64,000 nucleotides of DNA, from positions 64,001 to 128,000 of the forward strand of contig CAVTBV010000012.1 of assembly GCA_963733095.1 (NCBI GenBank), read 5' to 3'. The DNA comes from Candidatus Bathyarchaeota archaeon (GTDB lineage: Archaea; Thermoproteota; Bathyarchaeia; Bathyarchaeales; Bathycorpusculaceae). A model generated the notes under the pieces. It saw nothing but the letters and a program-made list of their open reading frames with translations. It made no database searches and was not told where the DNA came from. Position 1 is the stretch's first letter. The number at the start of each line of letters is the position of its first letter. Shown piece by piece: positions 29,200 to 41,534 of this stretch. The position numbers and the translations under genes were made by a program.

Positions 29200-30537
29200 A
29201 TGAAAGACCTGCCCAACTTAGTCGCAGATATAGTTGAAGCAACCAAAAAACACGAACACTACCGCGACAAAGAATGCATAAACATGATTGCCAGCGAAGG
29301 ACTCAAGTCTCCAGCCGTCAACCAAATGCTCGACCTATCACACGACCTCGCATGCCGCTACGCAGAAGGCGAAAACGACGCCTTAGGCCACGTTAAGAAG
29401 CGGTATTATCAAGGGCAGAAGTTCATGTCTGAAATCGAGGATTTTGCGACTGACATTATGAAAAGCCTGTTTAACAGCACTTGGGCAGATGTCCGTTTAG
29501 TTTCAGGCACACATGCAAACCTTGCAACTTTCAAGGGGTTATCTTTAGCCTCAAAGAACAACAAGATGGTTGTCACGCCCCTGAGCTGCGGCGCCCACAT
29601 AAGCCACGATTACACAGGTTTAGCAGGCAACGTTTTGGGTTTAGAGAACATAAACCACGTTTACAACATTGACGAATTCAACATTGACCCAGACAAATCA
29701 GCATACGTCATCCGCGCCGCAAAGCCAGGAATTGTTACGTTCGGTGGAAGCCTTTTCCTATTTCCACATCCAATCAAAGAGCTCAGAGCAGTCTGTGAAG
29801 AAGTCGGCGCATACATAGCCTACGACGCGTCCCACGTACTGGGCTTGATTGCGGGCGGCGAGTTCCAAGACCCCCTCCGAGAAGGCGCAGACTTCATCAC
29901 ATCATCTACCCACAAAACTTTCCCCGGTCCCCAAGGCGGTGTTATTATGGGAAGCCCAACTAACCCGGCAACCGAGAAGGCAGTGAAAAAGATACAATTT
30001 GCTGTTTTTCCACTCAGCGCATCAAGCACACACTTAGGCAGGTTGCCAGCACTCAGCATCGCGGCTTTGGAAATGAAGGTTTTCGGCTCACAATTAGCTA
30101 AGCAAATCGTCAAGAATGCTCAAACCGCAGGACAGTACCTCTGCGAAAACGGCGTGAAGGTCCTCGCAGAAAACAAAGGCTTCACAAAGAGCCACCAAAT
30201 CGCTGTAGACATCCGCAACTTCGGAGGCGGCAACAAGATGGCACAGGACCTCGAAGACGCTAACATCATCCTAAACAAGAACCTCTTACCCTACGATGAC
30301 CAAAGCAGCAAAGCAGACCCCTCAGGTTTGAGGATAGGCTTTCAAGACATAACAAGACGCGGCTTTGGCGAAGGCGACATCAAACACCTCTGCGACCTAA
30401 TGCTTGACGTAATCAAGGGAAAACGTACACCCACCCAAGTTAAGATTGATGTTTTGGCGCTAAAGAAAGATTTTTGCAGCGTAAAGTACGGTTTCCAAAG
30501 CGTGCAAGAAGCCTTAGCTTACATTAAAAAGGCTTAA
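29200..30537 (+). CDS. glyA: Serine hydroxymethyltransferase
   Basis: MIASE, RYAEG, GAHISH, DASH, STHKTFPGPQGG (PLP Lys), SGLRIG. Confidence 0.96.
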   Translation: MKDLPNLVADIVEATKKHEHYRDKECINMIASEGLKSPAVNQMLDLSHDLACRYAEGENDALGHVKKRYYQGQKFMSEIEDFATDIMKSLFNSTWADVRLVSGTHANLATFKGLSLASKNNKMVVTPLSCGAHISHDYTGLAGNVLGLENINHVYNIDEFNIDPDKSAYVIRAAKPGIVTFGGSLFLFPHPIKELRAVCEEVGAYIAYDASHVLGLIAGGEFQDPLREGADFITSSTHKTFPGPQGGVIMGSPTNPATEKAVKKIQFAVFPLSASSTHLGRLPALSIAALEMKVFGSQLAKQIVKNAQTAGQYLCENGVKVLAENKGFTKSHQIAVDIRNFGGGNKMAQDLEDANIILNKNLLPYDDQSSKADPSGLRIGFQDITRRGFGEGDIKHLCDLMLDVIKGKRTPTQVKIDVLALKKDFCSVKYGFQSVQEALAYIKKA

Positions 30538-30610
30538 ACCACCCCTCTTTCGTTTTTCTTGGTGCTAAAGATTAATAAAGTCACATTTCGCTTTTAGCAT
30601 AGGAAAACCC

Positions 30611-30898
30611 ATGACCTTCGATTTCCTTTCAATTCTCTTCTTAATCGTTGCCATAGGGTTTGTTGTGCTTTTTGTGTTACTTCCAAGGTTCGGTCCGCAT
30701 TACACTTCGAGGCTGACTTGCCCGAATTGCAGAAAAAGCTTCAATTTCCACTGGGTACCAGGCGCCACCATAACCTCACTCGTCTACAGGGGTAGACGAC
30801 CGCTAAAATGTCCCTATTGCCATGTTAAATCAACCTACGACATCATGTCTACAAGAGTCACCAAACCAAAGACCCAAAAAGTCAAGCAAAAGGCATAA
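30611..30898 (+). CDS. Membrane-anchored zinc-ribbon protein
   Basis: N-terminal TM; CPNC and CPYC pairs. Confidence 0.7.
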   Translation: MTFDFLSILFLIVAIGFVVLFVLLPRFGPHYTSRLTCPNCRKSFNFHWVPGATITSLVYRGRRPLKCPYCHVKSTYDIMSTRVTKPKTQKVKQKA

Positions 30899-30980
30899 CT
30901 GACACAGCGTTCTATCAGAGAACTTTATTATCCACAACAGCAATCAACTTTTTAACTAACATTTACGGGAGACACTTAGA

Positions 30981-32165
30981 ATGAAGGTACTGTTGAACGA
31001 TGGCTTAGAGAAAGAAGGCTTAATGCTCTTTCATGAAGCAGGTATAGAAACAGACTTAAAAAAACGTGATTTAGCCGCTCTAATCGCTGATATTGGACAG
31101 TTTGACGCTTTAGTCGTTCGCAGCGCCACCAAGGTCACGCGCGAGGTTTTGGAAGCAGGCGCCAAGGGCAAACTCAAAATCGTCGGCAGAGCAGGCGTCG
31201 GATACGACAACATCGACACGGCTGCAGCTTCTGAATTCGGTATTGTAGTAAAGATAGCGCCGTATGGAAGCACGAACGCCGTTGCAGAATTAACCTTCGA
31301 CCTAATGCTGAGTATTTCAAGAAAGACACCCCAAGCCCACCACTCGCTTAAGAGTGGGGTTTGGAAAAAAGATACGCTCAAAGGCAACGAACTCGCCTAC
31401 AAGACGCTGGGTCTTTTGGGTTGCGGCAGAATAGGACAAAAAGTTGCCCAAATCGCCAGACGTGGCTTTGACATGGAAGTCATAGGCTACGACATTAAAC
31501 CATGCTTTGAATCAGGCATAAGATTCATGACTAAAGAGGAAGTGCTCGCCAAAGCCGACTACATCAGCATCCACACGGGCGGCAAAGAAGTCATAATCGG
31601 TGAAAAAGAATTCGCACTCATGAAACCCACGACCTACGTAATCAACACCTCCCGAGGCAGCAACATTGACCAGCGAGCACTCTACAAGGCACTCAAAGAA
31701 GGCAAAATCGCTGGCGCAGCAACCGATGTCTACAAGGAAGAGCCCAAAGGGGAAGGTACCGAATTCAAAGACCAACTAAAAGAACTCGACAACATCGTGC
31801 TAAGCAGCCACCTTGGCGCATCAACAGCGGAAGCCCAAAGAGAAACCTCAACAGAGATTGCCCGCGTAGTCTCAGGCTACCTTTTAGGTGGAGACTTTAC
31901 CAACGCCGTGAACGCTGGAGAAAACATCGAAGTGGAAGAAAAACCAGTATACACACTCTTCATTCACCATAGAGACGTTCCAGGCGTGTTTGCCAACATC
32001 GACAAAGTTCTCGCCGAAAACGACGTCAACATCCGAGCAAACTATTCACGGCAAATCGGCAAAAGCGGCTACGCCATCTCAGTGTATGTTCTGCACAAAA
32101 AAGTTGCCAATAAAACGCTTGAGGTTCTAAAGAAAATCGACAATGTCTGCGACGTCAAAACCTAA
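30981..32165 (+). CDS. serA: D-3-phosphoglycerate dehydrogenase with ACT domain
   Basis: VRSATKV, GRAGVGYDNID, GCGRIG, NTSRG, HLGASTAEAQ, HRDVPG ACT. Confidence 0.9.
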   Translation: MKVLLNDGLEKEGLMLFHEAGIETDLKKRDLAALIADIGQFDALVVRSATKVTREVLEAGAKGKLKIVGRAGVGYDNIDTAAASEFGIVVKIAPYGSTNAVAELTFDLMLSISRKTPQAHHSLKSGVWKKDTLKGNELAYKTLGLLGCGRIGQKVAQIARRGFDMEVIGYDIKPCFESGIRFMTKEEVLAKADYISIHTGGKEVIIGEKEFALMKPTTYVINTSRGSNIDQRALYKALKEGKIAGAATDVYKEEPKGEGTEFKDQLKELDNIVLSSHLGASTAEAQRETSTEIARVVSGYLLGGDFTNAVNAGENIEVEEKPVYTLFIHHRDVPGVFANIDKVLAENDVNIRANYSRQIGKSGYAISVYVLHKKVANKTLEVLKKIDNVCDVKT

Positions 32166-32250
32166 AAAGACAGAATCTACAAAACACACAACTTCGAATT
32201 TCAATCAAGTTAAAGTGTATATAAGAGAGCATTCGCGTTAAATTCATCAA

Positions 32251-32931
32251 ATGAAACTCGCAGTACTGTTTTCAGGCGGCAAGGACTCAACTCTTGCACT
32301 GCACTTGGCGGCAGAAAAGGAAGAGGTAGCTTGCCTGGTCACTGTGGTTTCAAAGAACAAGGAAAGCTACATGTTCCATACCCCAAACATCGATGTGACG
32401 GCGCTTCAGGGAGAGGCGTTGGGGTTCCCGTTGGTTTCGGTGGTTACGGAAGGGCGGAAGGAAGAGGAGCTTGCCGACTTGGAAAAAGCAATCGTTGAGG
32501 CGAAAGAGAAATTTCAAGTTGATGGCGTGGTTACAGGTGCGGTAGAATCTGTTTACCAAGCTTCAAGGGTTCAGCGCATCTGCAACTGCCTAAATATCTG
32601 GTGCTTTAACCCTCTGTGGAAGCATGACCAGAAAGCACTTTTGGAAACGCTCATCGCGAAGAATTTCAAGGTGGTTATTTCGGGGATTTTTGCTTATCCG
32701 CTCGACGAGAAATGGCTTGGAAAACAAATAGATGGGGCAATCATAAACAAGCTCATTGAGCTTCAAGGTAAATATGGGATTAGCCCCTCGGGGGAGGGGG
32801 GAGAGATTGAGACGACCGTTCTTGATGCTCCAATGTTTAAACAGAAAATAGAAATCCTCGATTATGGGGTTGAAGCAAGGGGGAACTGTGGAGTTTTCCA
32901 GATTAAGAATGCTCGGTTGGTGCCCAAATGA
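32251..32931 (+). CDS. dph6: Diphthine--ammonia ligase (Dph6/MJ0570 family)
   Basis: LFSGGKDS PP-loop, SYMFH, YQ.SRV, PLW, GEGGE.ET.VLD.PMF. Confidence 0.93.
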   Translation: MKLAVLFSGGKDSTLALHLAAEKEEVACLVTVVSKNKESYMFHTPNIDVTALQGEALGFPLVSVVTEGRKEEELADLEKAIVEAKEKFQVDGVVTGAVESVYQASRVQRICNCLNIWCFNPLWKHDQKALLETLIAKNFKVVISGIFAYPLDEKWLGKQIDGAIINKLIELQGKYGISPSGEGGEIETTVLDAPMFKQKIEILDYGVEARGNCGVFQIKNARLVPK

Positions 32932-33476
32932 TTCTGGTAGTGGACATGAACTGGAAGCGGAATTCTTTGGCGTTTAGCGAGTTTGTTTCCCCAATCATTT
33001 CTGTTGTGCAGCGGCTTGAGGAATGCGAGGTGAAGCATTTTTTAGATATTGAGCCAGGGGAACTTGGGGATTATAGCAAGATTGTACTCTCGGGAACAAC
33101 TCTCAAAGACCATGAAACCCTAAAGCAACTCGGTAGGTTCAGTTGGATAAAAACGTGTGAGAACCCCATTTTGGGAATTTGCGCAGGCATGCAAACTATA
33201 GCTTTAGTTTTTAAAGAATACCTAACGCCGTGTCTGCAAATCGGAATGACAGAAAACAAAACTCTTAAAACCAACCCGCTTTTCCAAGGCGACTTTAAGG
33301 CTTATGCCCTTCACAACTACTCAGTTGGAAATTGCCAAAACTTTGAAACACTTGCAGAATCCACAAAATGCATCCAAGCCATAAAACACAAACAAAAAAA
33401 CATCTACGGTGTCCTATTCCACCCAGAAGTGCGAAACCAAGATATCCTAAAACGTTTCATGCAACTAAACCAGTAA
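32928..33476 (+). CDS. Stand-alone class I glutamine amidotransferase
   Basis: PILGICAGMQ (nucleophile Cys) and FHPE (His-Glu); ATGA overlap with dph6. Confidence 0.88.
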   Translation: MILVVDMNWKRNSLAFSEFVSPIISVVQRLEECEVKHFLDIEPGELGDYSKIVLSGTTLKDHETLKQLGRFSWIKTCENPILGICAGMQTIALVFKEYLTPCLQIGMTENKTLKTNPLFQGDFKAYALHNYSVGNCQNFETLAESTKCIQAIKHKQKNIYGVLFHPEVRNQDILKRFMQLNQ

Positions 33477-33530
33477 CCTGGATTGCTGTGGTCCCAATCC
33501 TCTTAAGCATCGAAGCACTATTCTTTTCAA

Positions 33531-33719
33531 ATGCAACCCCCAAGGATCCAGATCAAGCCAGGCATCCGCGTTAAAATCGTTTTGAAGCAGGACCAACAGA
33601 GCGGCAGATTAACTGAGGGCACCGTCAAAGAAATCTTGACCAGCAGTCCAACTCACCCTCACGGAATCAAAGTGCGACTTACAGATGGAAAAGTCGGCAG
33701 AGTACAATCAATTGGCTGA
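33531..33719 (+). CDS. YwbE/DUF2196 family protein
   Basis: IKPG..V.IVLKQDQ.SG.LT.G.VKEILT.SP.HPHGIKVRL.DG.VGRV. Confidence 0.92.
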   Translation: MQPPRIQIKPGIRVKIVLKQDQQSGRLTEGTVKEILTSSPTHPHGIKVRLTDGKVGRVQSIG

Positions 33720-33790
33720 GCCTAAAAAAGAAGAGTTAAATAGAATTTTCATTTCAGCAAAAAATGCCAAAAAACAAAAATGTAAGATGT

Positions 33791-34081
33791 TTAGGGCGTT
33801 GTCTCTGGGACATAGGCGTTAGTTTGCATTTCGGTTTCCTGTTCAGCTGCTGATCTTGCAGGTTTTGAGGTAAGGGCTGCGACTGTGAATGAAAGAACGG
33901 CGGATACTATAAACGGAAGCATTGCAGTTACGACAGTCAACGCTATGAAGATTTCAGGAGCAGCTGAGGAATACAGTGTTGTATCCAATTTGTAATTTAT
34001 TATTCCTGCTACCGCAGAAAATACTGAGAATATGATGCCAAACGCGATGGCGATTTTATTTACAATTTTCCAGTTATCTAT
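33791..34081 (-). CDS. Small 2-TM membrane protein (apparent ATA start)
   Basis: Frame extends upstream of 33988 through a TM segment to ATA 34081 preceded by GGTGAGG. Confidence 0.55.
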   Translation of the reverse strand: MDNWKIVNKIAIAFGIIFSVFSAVAGIINYKLDTTLYSSAAPEIFIALTVVTAMLPFIVSAVLSFTVAALTSKPARSAAEQETEMQTNAYVPETTP

Positions 34082-34241
34082 TTGTCCTCACCAGTAATCC
34101 TTTGCTTGTACTGCGGAGCTTTTAAGCTATTGCTATTTCAAGCTGAAACCGCCCCCTTCATCAAAGCATGTTGGCGATTGGTAGAAGGGGTTAAAAGTTA
34201 ATAGGGAGTGTTTCAATTTAGACTAATGGGAGATTTTTGTT

Positions 34242-36656
34242 TTGGCCAATCAACTATCCGTAGAGAAACTACGTAATGTTTGTGATGCTAATTTTATGCA
34301 TTGTGAATCAACCAAGGACCTGATTCCGCTCAGTGAAATCATCGGTCAAGAAAGAGCTGTCCGAGCATTAAAATTTGGATTAGGAATAAAAAACCATGGC
34401 TTCAACGTATACGTGGCAGGGTACCCTGGAACAGGAAGAAAAACCGCAGTCAAAAACTTCGTGGAAGCCCAAGCTAAAACGCGACCTGTTCCGCCCGACT
34501 GGTGCTACGTGAACAATTTTGGGAATCCGTATGAGCCAAAAGCCATAATGTTGCCAGCTGGAAAGGGCAAAGAATTCCGAGAAGGCCTAAAAAACTTCAT
34601 TGAAAACGTAAAGACTACGCTTCCGAAGGCTTTTGAAAGTGAAGACTACGTCGCTCGAAGAGAAGCTACAATTAAAGGGTTAGAAAGCCAGCGGAAAAAA
34701 CTAATCGATGAGTTAAGCAGCAAGGCGCAGCGTGAAGGTTTCGTAATTCAAACGACCCCAATCGGCATACTACTTATTCCAGTGGTAAATGGCAAACCGT
34801 TAAGTGAAGAAGAAATTCTTGCGCTCCCCACAAAAACAAGGGATCAACTAAACGAGAAAAGGGAACAGTTGGAAACTGAATTCAGAAACACCATGCGGCA
34901 ACTTATCGATATGGAGCGTAAAATCCATGAGGCGCTCAGGAAACTAAACAAGGAAGTTGCCCTCTACGCGCTGGGAAACCAAGTGGAGAGCCTGAAAGAG
35001 AAATATCAAGCTACCCCAGAAGTTACAACTTACCTAAAAGAAGTAGAAAGTGACGTTCTGGATAATCTGCAGCAATTTATAAGAAGAGGCGAACCTGAAC
35101 AGCAACTTCCGTTTCCGATGCCTTGGATGAAAGAAGAACCCTACAAAAAATATGAAGTAAACCTAGTTATTGACAACTCTAACACGACAGGTGCGCCAGT
35201 GGTCATGGAGACTAACCCTACATACCACAATTTGCTTGGCAGAACCGAGAAAGAAGCCCAGTTCGGCGCTCTCATCACCGATTTTAGAATGATACGCGGA
35301 GGAGCAATTCATCGGGCTAATGGCGGATACTTAATTGTTCCAGTTGAAGATTTGCTTAGAAACCCATTATCCTACGATGGCTTGAAGCGAGATGTCAGGG
35401 ATGGAAAAATGTTCATAGAAGAACCAGAAGAACGCTACGGCTTCCTCAGCGTAAAAACCCTAAAACCCCAGCCCATTCCATTAACCGCCAAAATAATCCT
35501 CATAGGCACACCCTACCTATACCAACTCATGTTCTCATTAGACCCTGATTTTCAAGAACTCTTTAAGATAAAGGCCGAATTCGACACGACTATGCCAAGA
35601 ACAGACGAAAAAATACGACAATACGCCGCATTCGTATGTAGCCTTTGCGATAAAGAAGGACTCAAACACCTTGATGGTAGCGGCTTAGCAAAACTAATCG
35701 AGTACAGCTCAAGAATAATCGAAGACCAGTACAAGCTATCGACACAATTTTCCAATATTGCGGACATAATTCGCGAATCAAACTACTATGCCTCAGAAGA
35801 AAACTCGGAATTTATAACAGGATACCAAGTCAAAAAGGCCATCGAAGAAAAGATTTACCGCTCAAAACTCATCCAAGAAAAAATCCAAGAAATGATTACC
35901 CGTGGCTTCTTCCTCATCGACACCGTTGAAAATAAGGTTGGTCAGGTTAACGGTTTATCTGTTATGGGATTAGGAGATTTCGCTTTCGGCATGCCCTCAC
36001 GCGTGACAGCTAGCATCGGTTTAGGCCGTGAAGGCGTCATGGATATTGAACGTGAAGCAAAAATGGGCGGACCCATACACACTAAAGGCGTTTTGATTCT
36101 CAGCGGTTACCTAAACGACAAGTATGCAAGGGATAAGCCACTTAGCCTTTCAGCAAGACTGGTCTTTGAGCAAAGCTATGAAGGCGTTGAAGGCGACAGC
36201 GCATCAAGCACCGAGCTCTACAGCATACTCTCCGCACTCAGTGGATTGCCAATCAAACAGAACCTAGCCGTCACCGGCTCCGTTAACCAGAAGGGAGAAG
36301 TCCAAGCTATCGGTGGCGTCAACGAAAAAATCGAAGGTTTCTATGAAGTCTGCAAAGCCAAAGGATTGACTGGCGCACAGGGAGTTATGATTCCGGACAG
36401 CAACGTTCAAAACCTGATGCTAAAAGAAGAAGTCGTGGACGCGGTTAAAGCAGGCAAATTCAACGTGTACTCGGTTAAAACAATCGACGAAGGCATCGAA
36501 GTTCTCACAGGAACTAAAGCAGGGGGACGGCGATCAGATGGAACCTATGAGGAAGGCACCGTAAACTATTTGGTGGACAAGCAACTGCGCGAGATGGCGG
36601 AGAAACTAAAAGAATACCCAGCCGTACAAGCACACCAGAAAAAGCTCGAAGAGTAG
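34242..36656 (+). CDS. Lon-family (S16) protease, LonC/AAA_32 type
   Basis: IIGQERA, GYPGTGRK, HRANGGYL, GQVNGL, VEGDSAS (Ser), GGVNEKIEG (Lys). Confidence 0.93.
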   Translation: MANQLSVEKLRNVCDANFMHCESTKDLIPLSEIIGQERAVRALKFGLGIKNHGFNVYVAGYPGTGRKTAVKNFVEAQAKTRPVPPDWCYVNNFGNPYEPKAIMLPAGKGKEFREGLKNFIENVKTTLPKAFESEDYVARREATIKGLESQRKKLIDELSSKAQREGFVIQTTPIGILLIPVVNGKPLSEEEILALPTKTRDQLNEKREQLETEFRNTMRQLIDMERKIHEALRKLNKEVALYALGNQVESLKEKYQATPEVTTYLKEVESDVLDNLQQFIRRGEPEQQLPFPMPWMKEEPYKKYEVNLVIDNSNTTGAPVVMETNPTYHNLLGRTEKEAQFGALITDFRMIRGGAIHRANGGYLIVPVEDLLRNPLSYDGLKRDVRDGKMFIEEPEERYGFLSVKTLKPQPIPLTAKIILIGTPYLYQLMFSLDPDFQELFKIKAEFDTTMPRTDEKIRQYAAFVCSLCDKEGLKHLDGSGLAKLIEYSSRIIEDQYKLSTQFSNIADIIRESNYYASEENSEFITGYQVKKAIEEKIYRSKLIQEKIQEMITRGFFLIDTVENKVGQVNGLSVMGLGDFAFGMPSRVTASIGLGREGVMDIEREAKMGGPIHTKGVLILSGYLNDKYARDKPLSLSARLVFEQSYEGVEGDSASSTELYSILSALSGLPIKQNLAVTGSVNQKGEVQAIGGVNEKIEGFYEVCKAKGLTGAQGVMIPDSNVQNLMLKEEVVDAVKAGKFNVYSVKTIDEGIEVLTGTKAGGRRSDGTYEEGTVNYLVDKQLREMAEKLKEYPAVQAHQKKLEE

Positions 36657-36763
36657 CCCGAGAGATTAATTCGAAATTTTTTCTTCTCTTTTTTAGTTAT
36701 TGAGTTTGGATCTGTATTTTGGCTAATCAAAGCTTATCTTAACGTTCACTAGAATGACATTAG

Positions 36764-37009
36764 GTGCTTATGTTGGTGCAGCCAAGAGTTAAGCGCAAAC
36801 GGAGCCGTGCATTGAAAATTTTGCTTCTTCCAGCGTTCATCTTCATTGGCGCTATAGGCTGGTGTCTTTATACATTAGGGGACCGAAAGACAGCCAATCG
36901 AAAACCAACATACAGAAAACCAGTAGAAAAAGACAACGTAACCCTGTTGCCCATCATTCTTGAAGAACAACAGGAAATAACAGTGCAAAATAAATCAAGC
37001 AACAACTAA
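36764..37009 (+). CDS. Small single-TM hypothetical protein
   Basis: Basic N-terminus plus LLLPAFIFIGAIGWCLY TM. Confidence 0.6.
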   Translation: MLMLVQPRVKRKRSRALKILLLPAFIFIGAIGWCLYTLGDRKTANRKPTYRKPVEKDNVTLLPIILEEQQEITVQNKSSNN

Positions 37010-37152
37010 TACTCAATCATTCCCAACTTTTAAGTCCATCCAAATAGCAGAGCTCACACGCTTGTTGTTACAGGAACACACCAACAATGCCATTTATACT
37101 CCGTAAATAATTGTTAGATTGCGAGAAATAGCCATCCAAGAGGTACACCCAC

Positions 37153-37262
37153 ACTTGACGGGTCAGCCGTTAACCATGACGCGTATCGCCTTAGCCCCTA
37201 AAGAAGGATGAGGGGACTACTTTTGATATGCGTCTTGGGTTAACACGGGCGATCCGTCAAGT
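37153..37262 (+). ncRNA. Candidate structured ncRNA (110-nt rod-like hairpin C)
   Basis: ACTTGACGGGTC/GATCCGTCAAGT, GCC/GGC, GTTAACC/GGTTAAC, GACGCGTATC/GATATGCGTC, CCCCT/AGGGG helices with + strand G-U pairs; TTTATACT ~37092 upstream, ACTTTTTG downstream. Confidence 0.65.
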
Positions 37263-37357
37263 CTACTTTTTGTTACGAGCGCACCAACATATTATAACCG
37301 GTTTCTATTATATAATTTATTAAGGCTTAGATGCAATGCTACCTTTCGTGAGCCAAT

Positions 37358-37711
37358 TTGAGCTACAAAGAACGTATGCACCCTAAAGTCAGCAGGGCAG
37401 AAATCGAAGTTTTTAAAGCCTTAAGTGTGTCGGGGTTGACCAGCGGTATGGTGACACAGCAACCAATCATTTTAAAATCAACTATTCCTGATTTTTGCTG
37501 GATGGAAAAACGCAAAATCGTATACTTAGACGGCATACCTGTACATAAAAAAGATAAGGCAATAGAACGTGACGAGGAAATAACTGACCTGTTAATTGCC
37601 CAGGGCTGGGATGTATTAAGGATTCCATACAATCCACCTTTGACGGATAAGGGATTACAAGAAATTATGGCAACTATAAAGCGGTTCCTAAACGTTGACG
37701 AAGAAGAATAA
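37358..37711 (+). CDS. DUF559/Vsr-like PD-(D/E)xK endonuclease-fold protein
   Basis: S.AE, IPDF, VYLDG.PVH, D.EI..LL..QGW.VLRI. Confidence 0.75.
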   Translation: MSYKERMHPKVSRAEIEVFKALSVSGLTSGMVTQQPIILKSTIPDFCWMEKRKIVYLDGIPVHKKDKAIERDEEITDLLIAQGWDVLRIPYNPPLTDKGLQEIMATIKRFLNVDEEE

Positions 37712-37849
37712 CGGTTTAGTGTTCATTTAAAATTGTTCCCCAATCCATCAAATGCAAGAGGGGGAAGGAATGAATAGTCTAAAAAAACGCGAGACAATGT
37801 CCTATACGAACTCTCAGTCATGGACACTGACCTTGATGAAGAAAACTGT

Positions 37850-38125
37850 TGTTCAAGATAAAGAGCATACCTTTTCTGATCGTAGGGAAAATCCAATTCT
37901 TGGATCGAACCGTTCTCCCCTTAGAATCTAAAGAGTCTTGTACACTGTAGCTAAACTTACTTGGGGGTTAGTCTTTCTGACTTCACTGCAGATTCTTTGC
38001 GCACTATGATGCTCTCTATTCAAAAGCGCAAATTTGTAGATTGCTATTCTTTTCGGAGTTACCTTGTATCCTTTGCTACGAAAAGTCTGAATTATCAACA
38101 CAACTGATTTGTTCGGTTCTTGCAT
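37850..38125 (-). pseudogene. Fur/PerR-family regulator, truncated
   Basis: GYKVTPKR.AI...H.SA..I...P.VSLATVYKTL then TAG; IQELDFP remnant continues out of frame. Confidence 0.8.
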
Positions 38126-38214
38126 GCACTATATTAGGTAATAATAACTCTTTAATAATTTCATTCCCGTTATATGTAGTAAGGTCTCATGTGAAAGAGA
38201 CAGGATGTAACATT

Positions 38215-40559
<2,345 letters not shown>

Positions 40560-40585
40560 TCGTAGCAAGAGCTAGCGATAACAAT

Positions 40586-40693
40586 ACAGCAAAAGTTGCT
40601 CACTTGGAACAAGAAGTCTGCGAGCTAATAGAAGCAGGCTACGAATACGTTTGCGAAATGGGTCATTTCAAGCTTTTCAGAAAACACAAATAA
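40586..40693 (+). pseudogene. C-terminal remnant of an archaeal tyrosine integrase
   Basis: TAKVAHLEQEVCELIEAGYEYVCEMGHFKLFRKHK* resembles the KVA...LIEAG(F/Y)EYV....LFRKRK tail I recall from bathyarchaeal integrases. Confidence 0.6.
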
Positions 40694-40967
40694 CCATCAG
40701 TTTCCAAAGACCGGAGATTCGCCCAAAAGCTGGGATTCATGCTGAAGAGCAGGGAAGGGGCTTTTGATTTGAAGTGCGATTCCCTACGCTGTTTACTGGT
40801 AATTGAAGCCGCTTGCAAGCAAGTAACCGCGGATTCCTAATTATCGATGAACTGATCGTCTTCCTGCTTTTACAACATTTCAAATGAAGCAATTGCTAAT
40901 TTGAATGAAACTCAAACTATGTATATTTTAGATAAAATAAGCTCAAAAACAAGCCAAACTGGTAAAT

Positions 40968-40985
40968 TGGCGCCGGGAGGGGGAT
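40968..40985 (-). repeat. att-like duplication of the tRNA-Ser 3' end
   Basis: TGGCGCCGGGAGGGGGAT identical to 43929-43946. Confidence 0.85.
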
Positions 40986-41030
40986 CCAGCACCTTTTTAC
41001 CAGTAAAAAACTAACGCGCGCTCAGGCATA

Positions 41031-41534
41031 TTAATCTTTGAAAGTGTTGAAGCTAAACAATTCTTCAATTGGTTTCTTCTTTCTTGGTTTCGGCTGCTCA
41101 GCAGGATAACCTAGCGTTAATAGTGCTACGACTTTCCATTTGTCGGGGACTTTTAGGGATTCTTTGACTTTATTCTCGTCGAAGGCGCCTATCCAACAGG
41201 AGCCAACTCCGAGTGCCCAGGCGGCGATGACCATGTTTTGCATTGCGATTGTTGCGTCAACGACAGCCCATTTTCCAGTTAAGAGCGATTTTATGTCAGC
41301 GCATCCGACAACGACTGCCGGAGCATCTTTGATAAAACCGTTGAAGGGTAAATTGGAGAATTTCTTCGCTAGTTCATGGTCTTTTACGACTATGAAATGA
41401 ATTGGCTGTTTATTGACCGCAGAGGGCGCTTGTCTGCCAGCTTAAAGAATTTGTTTCATTACATCTTCGGGTAAATCTTTTGCTTCATAGCGTCTAATGC
41501 TTCTGCGGTTGAGAATCAAATCAAGAACGGACAT
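41031..41534 (-). pseudogene. Nitroreductase with a premature stop
   Basis: RRSIRRY, APSAVNKQP, QNMVIAAWALGVGSCWIG; in-frame TAA at 41442-41444. Confidence 0.85.
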
